Notes: a model not told the origin generated them from the sequence alone. A stretch of 64,000 nucleotides of DNA from Callorhinchus milii (GCF_018977255.1 NW_024704742.1:8186001-8250000), one strand, 5' to 3'. Shown: positions 1 to 14,717, counted from the stretch's first letter. Translations and numbers: made by a program.

Positions 1-3000
1 ATCATATATATCTCAAAACTTGAGACAGAAGTAAAGAGAAAATCACATCAATTAGTTGTTGATACTATTCTCGACTTGTCAATTGCTAATGTGATCCCTA
101 AAACACCATCAGTTAAAGCTTTCTTCCATGTTGAACAAATTTCACTGAATCTCAAACTATGCAGATGACACATTAGACACAAATGAAGAAAAACTGCAAA
201 TGCTGGAAAACAGAAATAAAAAAAATGAGGCATCTACAGCAGCGCAAGCAGAATCTGGATACGGTAATGTTTAAGATGGGAGTATTTTAGGTCATAACCG
301 AAATGTTAATCAGTCTCTTTCAGATGATGTTGAGTTTTTAGCAATCAGTTCTGTTTTTTTTTACTGAAATTAGACACAAAATGACTTTTCTGCAGAGATC
401 ATTATACAGTTACTTCAATTACTGCCCATTACAAAAAGGTCACAATGTGGAAGAAATCTTTTGAGTTAAACCAGACCCCATCAACTATATTTCTGTCTTG
501 CATTGATTAGTTTGATTTTAAATTATACAACGATTACATTCGATTGATCTGGACTTTACTTTGTGTTTTTGGTACTTGGACTCAGTTGAAGAAAAACACG
601 TCTGGGGAGGGGGTAAGCGAGGACTCCTTGAAGTTGAACTAGCTCCGGGATGACATGCTCAGTAATGAAATATTGGAATTGAGTTAACTCTCTGTGTCGG
701 ACTCGGTAACCATTTCCTGAGTCAGATGGGTCTGTATTACTCCAGGGCACTGCTGATGACAGACAGACCAGCTAGCCTGGCTCATCCACAGCACTGGAAA
801 TTGCAGACCAGTCACTCAGGCAAAGATTCTTTCCGCCCAGTTGCTGTTTTCCCTGCAAGTCAAAGCCCTAACGGGTAGGGTGGTCCTAGCTGAACAAGCA
901 GCGGGAAAGATTGCCAGACAGTGCTTTCAATGGCAAGCTATACAGTTTTAGCTGGTTAAACTAGCAGTACCCCCAACACACACTCTGGGGTCCCAAAGTC
1001 TTAGCCCTTGCTAACCCGCACCTAATACTAGTATTGGGAAAGCAGGATGTGTCTCAGAGGGCACATTCCATTCTAATACATGGGAATTTGCATGCGTAGG
1101 TGGGATGCATGGAACTCTATTTGATTTGAATGCCCTTAATCATGGTGATGGGTTTCCACATGTGTCTGGCTGACACCCTTAAAACATTTTTTTAAAAAAA
1201 GTTCTCATTTCTTTTGGGGGGCGGGGATGGAGAGAAAGAAAACGGCTTCAGATGGAAAATACTACTCGCCTCTGACATTCTCCTACAACGGAATGAATTG
1301 CAGAGAAGCAATAAATACAAAGAAATCAAAGAATATTAAAAGTATATGTTTCTGTTGGAATTGAAAATCCCCTCCTAAAGAAGGAGAAAAGATTGTTATA
1401 TAATCTAAGCACTTTGTATTTTGTATATTCTGTTTCCCACTGGACAGTCAAATTAAAGGTACATTTAATTTTGTGTTTTGCCCACAATATATACAGGCAA
1501 TTCACTTTACCGGATATTCTGTGAAGCGCTTTTAGATATTTGGGATCCGATAAGACGCTATATCAAATGCAAGGATTATCTTATTAATATTATTAACCTG
1601 CTACAGCACTGCCTTCCAAGGTCTGTGCATGAATAATGGTCACACAGGTGGGGAACTGGAGGGCATCGATGGAACTGTACTGCCCTTGAAGAAGAAAAGC
1701 AGTCAAATGCCTTCCAGACAGCAGCAATTATATGAAGGTAATTCATATTCAATTAATGCAGGGTGCAAGAATTCCATTTCACAGTATGGCTTAGCACACA
1801 AAGATGAAAGCTGCAGCAAAAGCCTAGAAGCAATTGCACATTCAGGAGACTTCCCGATACCATCATAAAAAAAATAAATGAAAGGAGTCTTCTTTTGTGA
1901 AGAAAGGTCTGATATTTTCAGAGAATCTGAAAGCCTCAACTTATGCAAGCAAAATGCACTCTTACGAAAAGGCTCCCCATTATAACACAACCACATAATG
2001 CCCCATTATAATATTATAATGCTCCCCACATAACTGGAAATCGGCTCCCAACCGTTATCCAATTTATATTACATTTCAGATTCCACAGCTGAACTCACCA
2101 AGGCTGCCTGAATAAAACACTAGAAAGAAACTATGGCTTATTGCTCCATGATTCATCTGCAGGCTGTGCTACTGATATGCTAAGCCCTAGTTACGGAAAT
2201 GATCTACTTCAAATAGATTTTCAAAACTGACAAAACATTTTCCAAATGTTTTAGTGGTCACCAGAGGAAAACGTTAAGCGCTCCAAGATGCTGAAGGGTG
2301 CTATAGAAGTGCAAGTTGTTGTTTATAAGTAACTTGCAACGAAATAACTATACATTTGCTACAAAAAGTGCAAGCCACTGATTACTCTGCTAGCTAGTCT
2401 ACAGTACTAATAGAATACAGAATATGATTTCAGATGTAGGAAGAATGCACTTTGGACCAATATTAATGAACACAGTCATACACTTTACAGTGAAAATCCT
2501 GTGGAGTGCTTTAAAATGTTTTGTCCATATGATAATGTGCTACAAGTGTACGTCTTGCTCAATTGGTATATTAGGTCTTTGAGTTCATAGTCTAGGTTGA
2601 CACTACAATTTAGTACTGAGGGGACCGATGATTGACAAAGGTACTACCATCCTTCTGATGAGACATTAAACTGAGGTACCATTTGCCTGTTCAGGATATT
2701 AAAGATTCCTTAACACTATTCAAAAAGAGAAGGGACTTTCTCAAGGTGTCAACAATCCCTCAGATAAAATTGCTCATCCATTTCATGGCCGTTTCTGGGA
2801 CATTCCTACACACAATTGGCTATCGCATTCACCTACAAATACACACTCATTACGTTTCACAGCAAAATCCTATAAAGCACCTTCATATATTGACAAAGTG
2901 ATAAGGACTACATCAAATGCAAGTATTATTGTTATTATTATAACGGGCTTGAGAATAAGCAACAACGCATTAAATGATCAAACAGATTGTTTGCTGTGAT

Positions 3001-3089
3001 TACTAAATATCTGCAGTTGTATTGGTCAGCTAGTCAGACATAACCGATCAATCATGTCTATCCCAAGAGGCAACACATTCTATTTTATC

Positions 3090-3810
3090 AAATTCGCTCA
3101 CACGTCCTCCCTCCATTCCCTACTCGAGCTCCACCAGTCCAGTTTCAACCCTGTCCACAGCACAGAGACTTGTCAAAGTCACAAATTACGCCCTCTCTCT
3201 GACCAGGGCTACCTCTGCCTTCTTCTCATCCTTAGACATCTCTGCCGCATTCAACACAGTCAATGATGCCATCCTCCTCCACCACCTCTCCTCCCTCATC
3301 CACCTTAAGTCCTACTTAACCAAGCGCCATCAATTTGTATCTGCAAATGTTTTTTCCTCCCACCCCCGCCCATTCACTTGCGAGGTACCCCAAAGCTCCA
3401 TCCTTGGCCCACTATTTTTCTTATTTACTTCTCCCTCTTGGCGCTGTCATCTGCAGAAATGGGATTAACTTCCACATGTATGCGGATGACACCCAAATCT
3501 ACTTCTCCTACAGCTACAACTCCAGGTCACTGATGTTCTGTCAGCTTGTTGTCAGACATCACGGCCTGGATGACCGTAAACTTCCTGCAGTTAAATGTTG
3601 ATAAGACACAAGCCATACTCCTTGGTTTGGAACTCTCTCTTTCAATCACTCTTTCCCCATTTTTAGATCGCGAATGAAGACCTTACCCTTCGACCGTACC
3701 TACAGTCAACACTTCCTTCCCCCCGGCTCGGTATCAGGCTCCTCCACTGATAAGCGCTCCGAGATACTACCCTGCATGAAGGACGCTATACAAATGCAAA
3801 TTGTTGTTGT
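3090..3810 (+). mobile_element. L2-clade LINE RT and 3' fragment
   Basis: NGINFHMYADDTQIY RT motif; tail ...GAAGGACGCTATACAAATGCAAATTGTTGTTG. Confidence 0.8.
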
Positions 3811-3852
3811 ATTTTTGCGTCGTTTAGCAAGAACACAGATCTTGGTCCTTAC

Positions 3853-3995
3853 CTTCAGATCTCGGTGAGTGATGGGCGGTTTCTGTTTGTGCATGTGCTG
3901 CACTGCACGACAAGACTGATAAAAGATCTTTAGCACGGTATCGCACGCGAGAGATCCTTTTGCTTCAGCTCGCTTCAAAAACTCGACCAATTGTC
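3853..3995 (-). CDS. GAK: GAK coding exon 5 (GQLVEFLKRAEAKGSLACDTVLKIFYQSCRAVQHMHKQKPPITHRDLK); the gene continues beyond the left edge
   Basis: 143 nt inside ORF 3706-4032, bounded by cag| and AAG|gtaagg; contains the HRDLK catalytic loop. Exons 1-5 sum to 519 nt (173 codons) with no stop. Confidence 0.96.
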
Positions 3996-4158
3996 CTGAA
4001 GACAAACGATGGGGAACAAAATTAGTAGCCATTATTCCTTCAGACTAGGTTATGAAACAGATTTTTTTATTTTTTTCAGTCAGGGTAAGGAACAAGTAGA
4101 AGCAAAGATAATTTACAGTTTAACATCCATAAATAGTCACACACGGAAGCAACTGTAC

Positions 4159-4273
4159 CTTTACAGAGTTCTGTGAGTATGAGGTACTCTGCTTGCCCAG
4201 TATCCGACTCTTCTTTCCCTATAGAAGCTGCAGAGCTGAACTGCACAATATTGGGATGTCCGGAAAGCTTTTT
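4159..4273 (-). CDS. GAK: GAK coding exon 4 (KKLSGHPNIVQFSSAASIGKEESDTGQAEYLILTELCK/G)
   Basis: Translated by hand; 115 nt bounded by ttttag| and G|gtacag; HPNIVQF kinase motif. Confidence 0.95.
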
Positions 4274-5168
4274 CTAAAATGATTTGGTTAAGGATTGTTC
4301 CGTCTTCAACTAAAAAGATGCATTAACATTTTACTTTTGATGGCAAAGATTGATGTAGTGTTCAGCCAAAGTCCTCTCCGAACCTTTTAGAATGTTTGGT
4401 CTTGCATACGTGGGGAAAATACTGTGGATCCGACAAGAACTTAGCTGTCCGCATTGAGGCACCTTACAGTATCGGGCAACATCAGGAAAGCACACAGTTG
4501 AGACAGTTTTAGTCTGACTGGATTGCCACAACCCCAATCCTCATTAAGCAACAGGCTTAATTCCTGGGATAAATGCTGGTGTTCATGGAGGTTCAGTTAC
4601 AAAACCAAAAGCTCCTCTAACCATTTGTAGCCAAAGCAACAAAACTGGAACAAAGGTACTTTCTAAAAATAATAGAACATACTGCAAACTTGGCATGTTT
4701 TTAGACTTAGATTTCACATGAAACACAAAACTGGATAAGAATAAATCAATTTAATACATAGAGAGAGACATGTTCACACAGACACTCACAAACATATACA
4801 GAGGAGAGAGACACACCGACAATCTCAACAGCGGGGCCTCCGAATGGAGTGAAGTCCACTTCCCGCTTGTGCCGCACTGTGCATGCGCGTCAGAGCTCCA
4901 CAGCAACGGTGGATAAACAGTGCGATAGGCCCCGGGCGCCAGAAACTTCACTGTTTAGCGGGTTTATGGCGGGTTCCGCGGAAAAATTGAAGACGCACTT
5001 TTTTTTATTGGCCCAGGCCATGACTTATGGTCATCGCAAGTTATTTTTTGAAATGATTTTTTTTTAAAAAAAACAAGAAATGAAGATTAGTTTTCCAAAT
5101 TCTGAATAAGGAGACCCTTTTAACGTTCACTTCAGCAAACCCTCAAGCTCAAAGAAACAAAAGGATAC

Positions 5169-5228
5169 CATAAAGCAAACTTCTTGAATAATTGCTCTGT
5201 TCTTCTCTTCCTCATTTGATAGAAGTCT
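5169..5228 (-). CDS. GAK: GAK coding exon 3 (RLLSNEEEKNRAIIQEVCFM)
   Basis: Translated by hand; 60 nt bounded by gcag| and ATG|gtatcc; phase 0/0. Confidence 0.95.
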
Positions 5229-6204
5229 CTGCAATATAAAACAGCATTGCATGCATTTCTAGTCATTATAAACTATGTTTAAAAAAGCACACCCAGCAAG
5301 TCCTTGCGCCCAACGTTTTTGGACAAAAAACTGTTTCTCCTGGTACTTTCAATAAACTAGGCGACCTTTTGAGATTTACAAAGTTTATTGGCTACTTTTA
5401 GTACAAGAATTTTCTAATTGTTGGATGGAGCTCTACCTTGCTGTTACTAGTTTCAATGAGATATTTGTCATGGGTAAATCAGAATCACTAGATAAGCAAC
5501 TGTCTGGCCTGCAAGCAGGATTTTGCAAGTAAAAAGACTCATTTCCGTTTTACTTTATCCTTTCCTTCCTGATCCTTTCAGGCTCTTTTTCCATTTACTT
5601 TCTAGTTTTTATATTTGACCTATGCAGTTCCTCTTTCCCTGTTCGCCTTTGGTCATTTTTTGATTGAGCTTCTATCTGGAATTGTTTAAACCATTGTTTA
5701 AACCCTCGTTTTCGGTGCATTTACTGATTTTTTTCCTTGTGCAAATCCAAAATCTGATTCTTGCAATCGTTTTGAAGGCGTGACAGGGGATGAGAGCAGA
5801 ACATTTCCTTGGGTGGGTCAGCAACAAGCAAAAGTGGGAACAATTTTACAGTGAAAGTGCACTTAACTCACACACACACTACACAGGGTATTAACACATT
5901 AATAATCTACAGTAAAATGCATACAGGGTTGGACATTAATAATCGCCAAGTACACAGTTGGACTTTGACTTCTTGTTGACCATAATTGCTGAGGCATTTC
6001 AACAAAATTGCAAATGAAAAAGCCAGGAAGGATAGGAAAAGCATTTTTTCGTAAGTGTGTGATTGAAGTCCTTACAGCATTGTACTCTATCGTACTTTTT
6101 CTTTAAGAAACATCTCATTACTAATTGTTATCCTCCCCATCATCCGAAAAGAATGAAACCCTTTTGTTCTGGGATACAGTTCCAAAGGGACTTTCTGCCC
6201 AAGT

Positions 6205-6573
6205 GGAGTCCTGTAGCTCAGTGGTTAGAGTATTTGCCTCACAAAGAGACCAGGGTTCGATTCCCAGGCAAGGCGAAATGTTGGGCAAGTTTCCTTACTC
6301 CAAACGCTTCTGTTTGCCTAGGAGTTAGTAGGAACTCGGTTGTTAGTCGATTGGCGGATTGGGGTTCTGGGGGTAATAATTCCTTCAAAAAATTAATAAT
6401 AAAATTGGTCACTTCAATCCACAACTGTTTGTGGGACACTGCTGTGCGCAATTGTCTACCGCGTTTCACCCACAAAATATACGGTCAAATCACTTTACAG
6501 TATATTCTCTGAAGAGCTTTGAGATGTCTCGAAGACGTGACAAGGAGCTAAATCAAATGCAAAGATTATTATT
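6205..6573 (+). mobile_element. tRNA-derived DeuSINE-type SINE, full length
   Basis: GGAGTCCTGTAGCTCAGTGGTTAG (A box), GGTTCGATTCCC (B box), Deu-like core CTGTTTGTGGGAC..GCTGTGCGCAATTG.CT.CCGCGTTTC, LINE-like 3' end and (ATT)n tail. Confidence 0.9.
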
Positions 6574-7629
6574 ATAAATTATTATTCATGTGGGAGCCTT
6601 GGCAGCACAGGCTATTCAAGTGTAATAGACCATCAAGCTGTTCTACAGTACTCTTAGTAACTTTTGAATATTGCACCAGCAATTTTTGGGGGAAAAACAG
6701 GATAAATAGGATAGCACAGGAACTCGTAAAGTGCGGGGAGGGAGACAAAAAAGCAGAATGAAAACAGAAGATCGAATTTAAACGAGAAACACGAGAGACA
6801 GCTGCAGGTGAGGATTACGGGAAAGGTTAAGAAAAAAATAGCGAAATAATTCTTATAAAAAGCATTAGATTGCAGGTTATGAAGTACATGGGATAAACCC
6901 GTCTGGTGAGACGTTTCCATCAATAACTCTTTATTAATCAAATCATCTGAAGCAAACTACTAACGGCTAGTCCTGTGCTTCTCGAGGATGGAAAGAATCA
7001 GAGGACCAGGTGCAAGGGGTTTCCACAGGGAATCTATTAGGTAATTACCCAGCCTTCAGTTTGACAAGTTGAAATAATCACATTTCTTTCCTGTGTAAGT
7101 AACAGTTTCTGGTTTAAGTGTTACTTACACAGTTAGAACACCCATCCCATTCAGCAGGGATTCTGTGTGGGAAAACAAAATTAATGTTTCCTGCTCTAAA
7201 ACTGCACTGTTGGAGGCTGAGGAGAGCTCTGTCCAAACACAACTGAACTATCCATTCATTATTGAAGGATGAGTGTGACTGGCTTTTCAATAATATTAAA
7301 ATAGTTAAAACTACTACGTGTAATGTAATCATTCCCTTTCCACAAGCACCACATATTCAAAATGTCCAATTTATATATGTAAAAAGAACCATTCTTACAT
7401 CTTCGAGAGGTCTGAAAGACTTGATAGGATTTACTGAAGTCTGTATTCAGTCCAACCCAGCATTAACAGTGGGATAAACACCAGCTAGTAATGTGTTTAG
7501 ACGATGATAAAATATCAAGCATGAAAATAAATAGCAGCTTTCCTCCCTTTATTGTTTCTTGCATCGCAGAGGCCTCCCACCCTATCCTGTGATTGGTGTG
7601 AGCATTTCAAAAGTTCTGGCAAAGCTTAC

Positions 7630-7691
7630 CTTTAATGCATACTCTCTTCCATTGCCAAGGTCGTGGGCTTCGTAGACAAAGGCAAATCCAC
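7630..7691 (-). CDS. GAK: GAK coding exon 2 (GGFAFVYEAHDLGNGREYALK; kinase Gly-rich loop and VAIK-equivalent Lys)
   Basis: 62 nt bounded by cag|GT and AAG|gtaagc; phase 1 to 0. Confidence 0.96.
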
Positions 7692-9367
7692 CTGTCAAGT
7701 CAAACAGACATTTCCAGAATGATGTAAAATAATCAAAGAGCAAACCACAAGATACAGTGGGCTGGAATTTGTAGGTGTTTTGACAGGATTCCAAGAAGCG
7801 CTTTGAGAGACGTGTCGAAGGCGTGATAAGGCCCTGTATTAAATGCGAGGATTATTATTATTATTCCTTCATAAAGAATCAGAGTCACACATCAGAGGTT
7901 CCTGGTAAATGGAAGTGGGTCAATGACCAATGGGAATTCTGCCCCAAATTAATCTACTTCCAGAACAGAGCTTCTATGTGGGTCAATGCAATTCTAACAG
8001 TGAGCAGGTACAAGGCAGCAATTTAATGGAGAGGTTCAGACAATGCTAACCACAAAAACGAAGGTCAGATGGTTTTGAATAATTACTCGAATCCAGTGAT
8101 TAGATTAATATCTTACTCTCAAGGCTATCTTTTAAATAAATGTTTTAAATTAGTGATGGTTGCATTTAACTTTTGTTCCTTTTCACAGAACCAGTTGCAC
8201 CTAGGTTAACCAGTGTGGTGTAATTGCTGTGTGTCTATTGAGTTAGCTGCAGTTTGCAATAAGCAGTCAGCAGGCATTGTAAGATGGTAATCCAAATAGA
8301 GCAGTTCACATTACAGATTTAAAGAACCACAGATAACTTACTGAATATTTCATGACTGCCCAAGATAATATTACAGCTAATCACTCCTTCACATTTTTTA
8401 AAAAAATTCAAAGTTAATTTCTCTATTCTTAATCGCCCCCACTCGCCAGTTATTTCCCAGTCAGACTACCCCAGTCCTAAACAACCACAATTGAAATGTT
8501 CTATTCTAATCTCTACAACATGTGTAAGAGCAGCCCTGGTCCCTCATTTATCACACAGGGAAACATGTCACCCATCACCTCAAAGCAAACCACTGGATCA
8601 GAGAATTATTTTGTGGTGAAATCCAACACGTATCTATATCCGGTTGCACTATGGCACTGTGTTTCACAATAACTAAGTACAGCATACAAATATTCTGCCC
8701 CATAGGAAGAGGGAAGAGAATATAAAAAATAAATCAGAGATTAAAGCACCAAATCTATCTCAAAGATCTCCAATTAGCAAAGCCTGGCAGAACCTGTACC
8801 ATTTTCCGCCCGACAAGCACAGGCGATACACAGTACAAGGCCACGAAGAACCGAAAGGAATAAGAATCCTTGAATTACTGTACAAATACACAGTAAACTC
8901 GGGATAACTCATCACTCTAAGGTAAAAGAGCTCAGCGAAAAGTTATGTGGAGTGGCTACTTAGGCACAGTTCCTCCCAGACCACAAGGGTGTGTGTGTGT
9001 GACTGGTGGGGGCACTCTGCAGAGATTGGGCTCAGGAGCATTGTAGAGGACCCTGGTCTATTGGAAGGCCACGTTGGTCTATTGGCCTCGCCCTCTATCC
9101 TGTCACAGAATAGGTGGAAGGCAGGGTAGGAGGCCATGGACCAGAGGCTGTGCACCAAGTCTCTGTCGATAGCCCGCAACAATCACAGGATAGGGTGGGA
9201 GACCTCTGGAATGCAAGACCCCATCTTAGAAGTTATCCGATCAATTTTACATTGCAATTAATTACAAGAATGTCTAGAATTCAACTTGTTACCTGTTAAG
9301 CAGAGTGACAAGTAAAGCAGAGTCTCTTATCAACATTTTACATGGGAAGCAGCCAGGATATTGACAG

Positions 9368-9730
9368 CAGTCTAGCTTAGTGGTTAGAGCACTTGCCTCG
9401 CAAGCGAGAGGACCTGGGTTTGATTCCCGGGTGGGGTGAAACATTGGGCAAATTTCCTTACTCCACACAACTCTGTTTACCTAGCAGTATGTAGGAATCC
9501 AGTTGTTAGTCGATTGGCAGATTGCTTTCCCGTGGGTCCCTTAAACATAATAATAATAATTTGGTCACTCAATCCATAACTGTTTGTGGGACTCTGCTGT
9601 GCACAATTGGCTGTCACGTTTCGCCCACAAAATATATAGTTAATTCACTTTACAGTATATTCTGTGAAGCGTTTTGAGACGTCTCAAAGACGTGATAAGG
9701 CGCTATATCAAATGCAAGGATTATTAGTAT
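9368..9730 (+). mobile_element. tRNA-derived DeuSINE-type SINE
   Basis: Same A box, B box, core and tail as 6205-6573. Confidence 0.88.
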
Positions 9731-10339
9731 TAAGTAGTAGTGACTAGTTAAGCCAGGATCAAATTATCTGCAACACTATAGACATCAAAACATCTCAAAG
9801 CGATACAGTTTTCTGTAAAGGCTAGTGACTGTGTACACACACAAAAACAAACCATGAGCATCCTTTGCAGTGTACAGCAATTGTACAAATGGAGATACAG
9901 CAACTGATAAAGCATTTTCGCTCTCTTAGATTTTCTTGATCGACTATTACAATCATTGCTTTTGATATAGAGCCGATAATGTAAAATAGTCTCAAAGCAC
10001 TTCACAGGGAATTGCAGTCAAGTGTGTTATTGTGCGTGGCAGTCAATTTTTACTCCGCAAAGTGCCATAATGGCAATGAAGTGAATCACCAATTTATCCA
10101 CAGGATGAATGACCAGTAAGCCATGAATAAACCATATCAAATGCAAGGATTATTATTATTATGATGAGAAATGTATTCTCTTTTCAAATATTGTCACGGG
10201 ATCTAAAACATCCATCTGAACACAATGGTTTAATATCTCATTCAAAGGACGGCACCTTCAACAATGCCCTTGAAACCAACAACTTGTATTTTTTACTCTA
10301 CGTCTCACGGAGCCAATACGGAGCCTCGGTGTCCTGTGC

Positions 10340-11000
10340 GACTCTCAACTGTTCCTCATCCCCCACATCCATGCCACGTCTCTCACAGCAGCTGCCAATA
10401 CCCTCATCCATGCATTCATTACATCCAGGCTTGACTAATCAAACTGCTTGTCAGCCTCGCCAACTCTTAACTCCATAGACTGCAGATCATCCAGAACTCT
10501 CTGCAGCCCATGTCCTCTCCCGCACCCGGGTCTGCGACCCTATCACCCTCATCCTCGCCCGACTCCACTGGCTCCCCATCACACAGAGGATACAGTTGAA
10601 GATTCTGGTCCTCATCTTCAAAGCCCTCCACGGCCTTGCTACTCCCTATCTCTGTGACCTCCTAACCCCCTACCAATCTGCCCACTCCCATTGCTCATTG
10701 GAGGCTTCACCTCCCCCGCCTTGCCCGCCCTATCATTGGCGGGCAGGCCTTCAGCCTCTCTGCCCCTAGCCTCTGGAACTCCATCCCACAGTCCCTTCGC
10801 CTCGCCCCCTCCTTTGGCTCCTTCAAGACCTGTCTCAAGACCCTCCTCTTCAACCGTGCCTTTGGTCACCCTCCTACTCCTACCCTCCCCCACCCCCTCC
10901 TGATCCCAACCACCAGCATGGGTGCGGATCCCTGACTGTTCAGGGTCTTGGGACATCCTCCTGACGTGAAATACACTTCAAATGTAATTTGTTGTTCTTG
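10340..11000 (+). mobile_element. L2-clade LINE 3' fragment
   Basis: CATCCAGGCTTGACTA (SRLD), ATCATCCAGAACTCT, CTCCACTGGCTCCCC (LHWLP), tail GGACATCCTCCTGACGTGAAA. Confidence 0.82.
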
Positions 11001-11602
11001 TACAATAGACTATAAACTAACATATCTGGGTAAAGACTTCAATTTCAAAATCCCACGAGAAAAGCAGACCTCCAATTAAATTAATTACCTTGATTATTGC
11101 AGCCAATTTTAACAGATCACATAATAATTTATTCAGCGTGAACAGGAAAAACATAAATTGTAATCAAATACCAAGCCTTCCTGGATGGAATCAAGAAAAG
11201 CTTGTTTTGCAATAGATGATCGTTCTCTCACCTCTGGCATTAAATTATTTTACTAATACTTCTTGGTGATTTGTCCTTTGAATATTTCTTTATTTTTCTT
11301 CCTAAATTGCAATCATATGGTCTCGTATGCTCTTTAATCCTCCTGACATTATTATGGTAAAGCCCAAATCAAGACAACATACCATCTCCTACTCTGTATA
11401 CTTTCACAAGGTCTCAAACAACTCCTTACCTTCCTGATAATCTACAGACTTTTTAGAAACTAATCTTGGCATCATGAAACCACTACTTGATTTACAGCAC
11501 TTTGTCCTCTCCGTCACTCTTTTCCAACTTAGAGATGTTCTGTTCTGCAGACGTTGACTCTTCTAGGCTTCTGAAGAGCAAGGCAAAATACAACAAGTTG
11601 CA

Positions 11603-12072
11603 TTCGTGACCACATCACTCCCACCCTCGCTCGCCTCCACTGGCTCCCCATCCCCCAGAGGATCGAATTCAAGATCCTCATCCTCACCTACAAGGCCATT
11701 CATGGCCTCGCTCCCTCCTACCTCTCTGACCTACTATCCCCCTACCTACCTGCCCGTACCCTCCGTTCCTCTGGCTCCGGTCTGCTCCACATCCCCCGCC
11801 CCAACCGCCCTACCATCGGTGGTCGGGCCTTCAGCCTCTCAGCCCCGAGGCTCTGGAACTCTATCCTCCTTCAAGGCCGGTCTCAAGACCTTTCTCTTTG
11901 ACCGTGCCTTCAGCTCCCCTCTCGACTCTCTACCCCCTCCTCGCTCCCTCCCTTCCTCCCCTCACCCTGACCATTTCCCCTCTGCTCGGGTCCTGACCCA
12001 ACTGTACAGCGCCTTGGGACGTCCTCCCGACGTGAAAGGCGCTCTATAAATGGAATCTTGTTGTTGTTGTTG
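11603..12072 (+). mobile_element. L2-clade LINE 3' end, young-looking
   Basis: LHWLP-region sequence; tail GGGACGTCCTCCCGACGTGAAAGGCGCTCTATAAATG...(TTG)n. Confidence 0.82.
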
Positions 12073-13430
12073 GATTGATACAGCGCCCCTCATGCAGGGT
12101 AGTGCCCCAGAGTGCTTGACAGCGGTGGAGTAAGACTCCGAGCTGGAGCGAGGGGGAGGTGACCGTAGACACGGTCGAAGAGGAAGGTTTTCAGGCACGA
12201 CCTGAAGATGGGGAAGGAAGGAGCAAGGTGGAGGGATAGAGGAAGAGTGTTCCAGAGTTTTAGGGCATATTGGCTGAAAACGCGGTCGCCAATGATGGAA
12301 TGGAGAGTATGAGGGACATGTAGAAGACTTAGAGCCAGTCGAGCGGAGTGCTTTGCAATGACCACAAGCAAAAGCATGAAATGGAAACGTATTTTCAATA
12401 AATTGTAATACTCCAACAGGAATCTATCAATAACCCAAGAAAAACAATCAAGAAATTATCTGTTATTTGCTTATTTGAGGAAAAAAGTCAAATTATTTTA
12501 ATTATAAACTCATCTATTTTCACACAGAAAAAAAACACTTAAAATTGGTTTCAGTCTAAATATGTAAAATACACTCCATAATGGGACACAGAAATATAAA
12601 AATAGAAAGGAACACAATGTGCAGCCCAATACATTACTGAAATGTAGAAGCTCAAAAGTAAACAGTAAAACTACATAAGTCATATCAGTCGGGACATAAC
12701 ATTAAATATGACTTACATGAACTCTGAGTTGCAGGTAAACTGTAGAAGTCTTATAAAATCTGATTTAATAAATAATCTACACTGCATATGTGTAATCCAA
12801 TGCAGCCAATAAGTGTAAGTATAATGCAATGTAAGTGCAATGTAATCTAAATGTTATGTAATGGAGTATAGGGGAGCAGCGTTACAAGTCGTCAAATGAT
12901 GATTAATGCAAAGTTGTTTTGATAGGAAACTGAATGGGACTCGGGTGGATGTACGACCAAGGCGATTTATAAACGTAAGATTTATGTGAGTTTTATTGTA
13001 TTAGTAACAACTTGCATTTATAATCGCACCCTTCACTAGGAGCAAGTCTCAAGAGCACTTAAAAGTATATAGATTGCTCAAAAAGGCGGAGTAACTCAGG
13101 AATATTATTATTAAAAAGTACTCATGGATTACTGATAACACCCACATAACACAAATGTTTTAAATTACATAACATTTTCATACTGCTCGGTGCAACAATC
13201 TCAAAGATTACTGATAGCTCTCTAACAAGAAGTATTTTTCCAATATAGCATTTGAATACAGTAATGCAAAAGCGTTTTAAAATACACTTCCAATCATTTC
13301 GCCATTAAAAAGGCCTTCTGATGCTGCAGGAGGTAAAAGCTGTGATGCATTAGAATCTAACACAACAAAAGGCTGTAGGCGTCTATGCTAAATTACCTAA
13401 TCTCGGCCAAGGGAGCAATAATGAGCACTT

Positions 13431-13792
13431 TAATAATCCTTGCATTTGATATAGCACCTTATCACACCTTCAAGACATCTCAAGGCGCTTCACAGAATAT
13501 ATTGTAAAGTGAATTGACTGTGGGTGAAACGCAGCAGCCAATTGCGCACAGCAGTGTCCACAAAAGTTGTGAATTGAAGTGACCAATTTATCATTATTAT
13601 TTTTTAAGGAATTATTACCCCCGGAAAAGCAATCCGCCAATCGACTAACAACCAGGTTCCTACTTACTGCTGGGTAAACAGAGGCACGTGGAGTAAGAAA
13701 ACTTGCCCAACATTTCAATTCGCCCTGCCTGGGAATTGAACACATTTCTTGCTTGCGAGGCGAGTGGTCTAACCACTGAGCTGCAGGACTCC
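13431..13792 (-). mobile_element. tRNA-derived DeuSINE-type SINE
   Basis: Reverse-complement copy ending ...GAGCTGCAGGACTCC. Confidence 0.88.
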
Positions 13793-14400
13793 ACAGGATT
13801 AGGGAGGGGGAGGAATTCAGGCAGGATGCCCATCCCAAATCACTAACCAGTGACCTCTGCCAGGTGCTTGGACAATCTGTGAGGACAGATTCAGGTTCAA
13901 GCACTCACCTTCAACATTAAGACTCAAGCATGAAATAATGTCCGTGTGGTGATGTACTGGAAGTCATCTGATGGCCATGAAACAGTACTCGAGTAGAAGT
14001 AAAATAATTCCAAAGCATCCATTGTAGAGAATGGGACAGAAAATTGGCAGGGACTAAGTCTTAAAACCAAGACTTTCGCAAGGGAAGACATAAAATTTGT
14101 CATTCAATTTGTGTTGCTTGTGGGACATTGCTATGCACAAGTTGACGGCTTTGTTTGCCCACAAGACTAAGTCGCTGCACTTTATAGTATGTCCTGTGAA
14201 GAGCTTCAGGAATCCTCCTGACGTGAAAGGCACTGTACCAAATGTAAGGGTTATTATAAAATTACTGCGTGTAGAAAAACATTAAGACAATGCTAGAATC
14301 CATAGGAAGGAAAGAAAAAAAAAATCAGTTCAATTTCCAGGATCAGTGCTTTGGATGCTTTCTTTCATCGCTGCCCGTTCTTTAACTTTCTGCATTTTTA

Positions 14401-14717
14401 TAATAAATAATCCTTGCATTTGATATAGCGCTTTTCACGTCGGGAGGACGTCCCAAAGCGCTTCACAGAACACACTGTAAAGTGAATTGACTGTATATTT
14501 GTGGGCGAACGCGGCAGCCAATTGCGCACAGCAATGTCCCACAAACAGTCGTAGATTGAAAATGACCAATTTATTATTGTTTTTGGTTTTGGAGGGATTA
14601 TTATTAGGCTCTGTGTGGAGTAAGGAAACTTGCCCAAGGTTTCGCCCTCTGCCTGGAATTGAACTCAGGTCTCTCACTTGCAAAGTGAGTGCTCTAACCA
14701 CTGAGCTACAGGACTCC
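14401..14717 (-). mobile_element. DeuSINE, young short subfamily
   Basis: Near-identical to the copies at 24583, 29964 and 47373. Confidence 0.9.

Noticed and set aside
1..3850. Search for GAK exon 6 (expected VENLLL...KLCDFGS)
   Set aside because: Not found; presumably left of the window. The small ORFs here have no recognisable motifs.
6205..6280. tRNA gene candidates at SINE heads (also 9368, 44716, 50848 and the minus-strand copies)
   Set aside because: The A/B boxes run straight into SINE body and tail; these are tRNA-derived SINE promoters, not tRNA genes.
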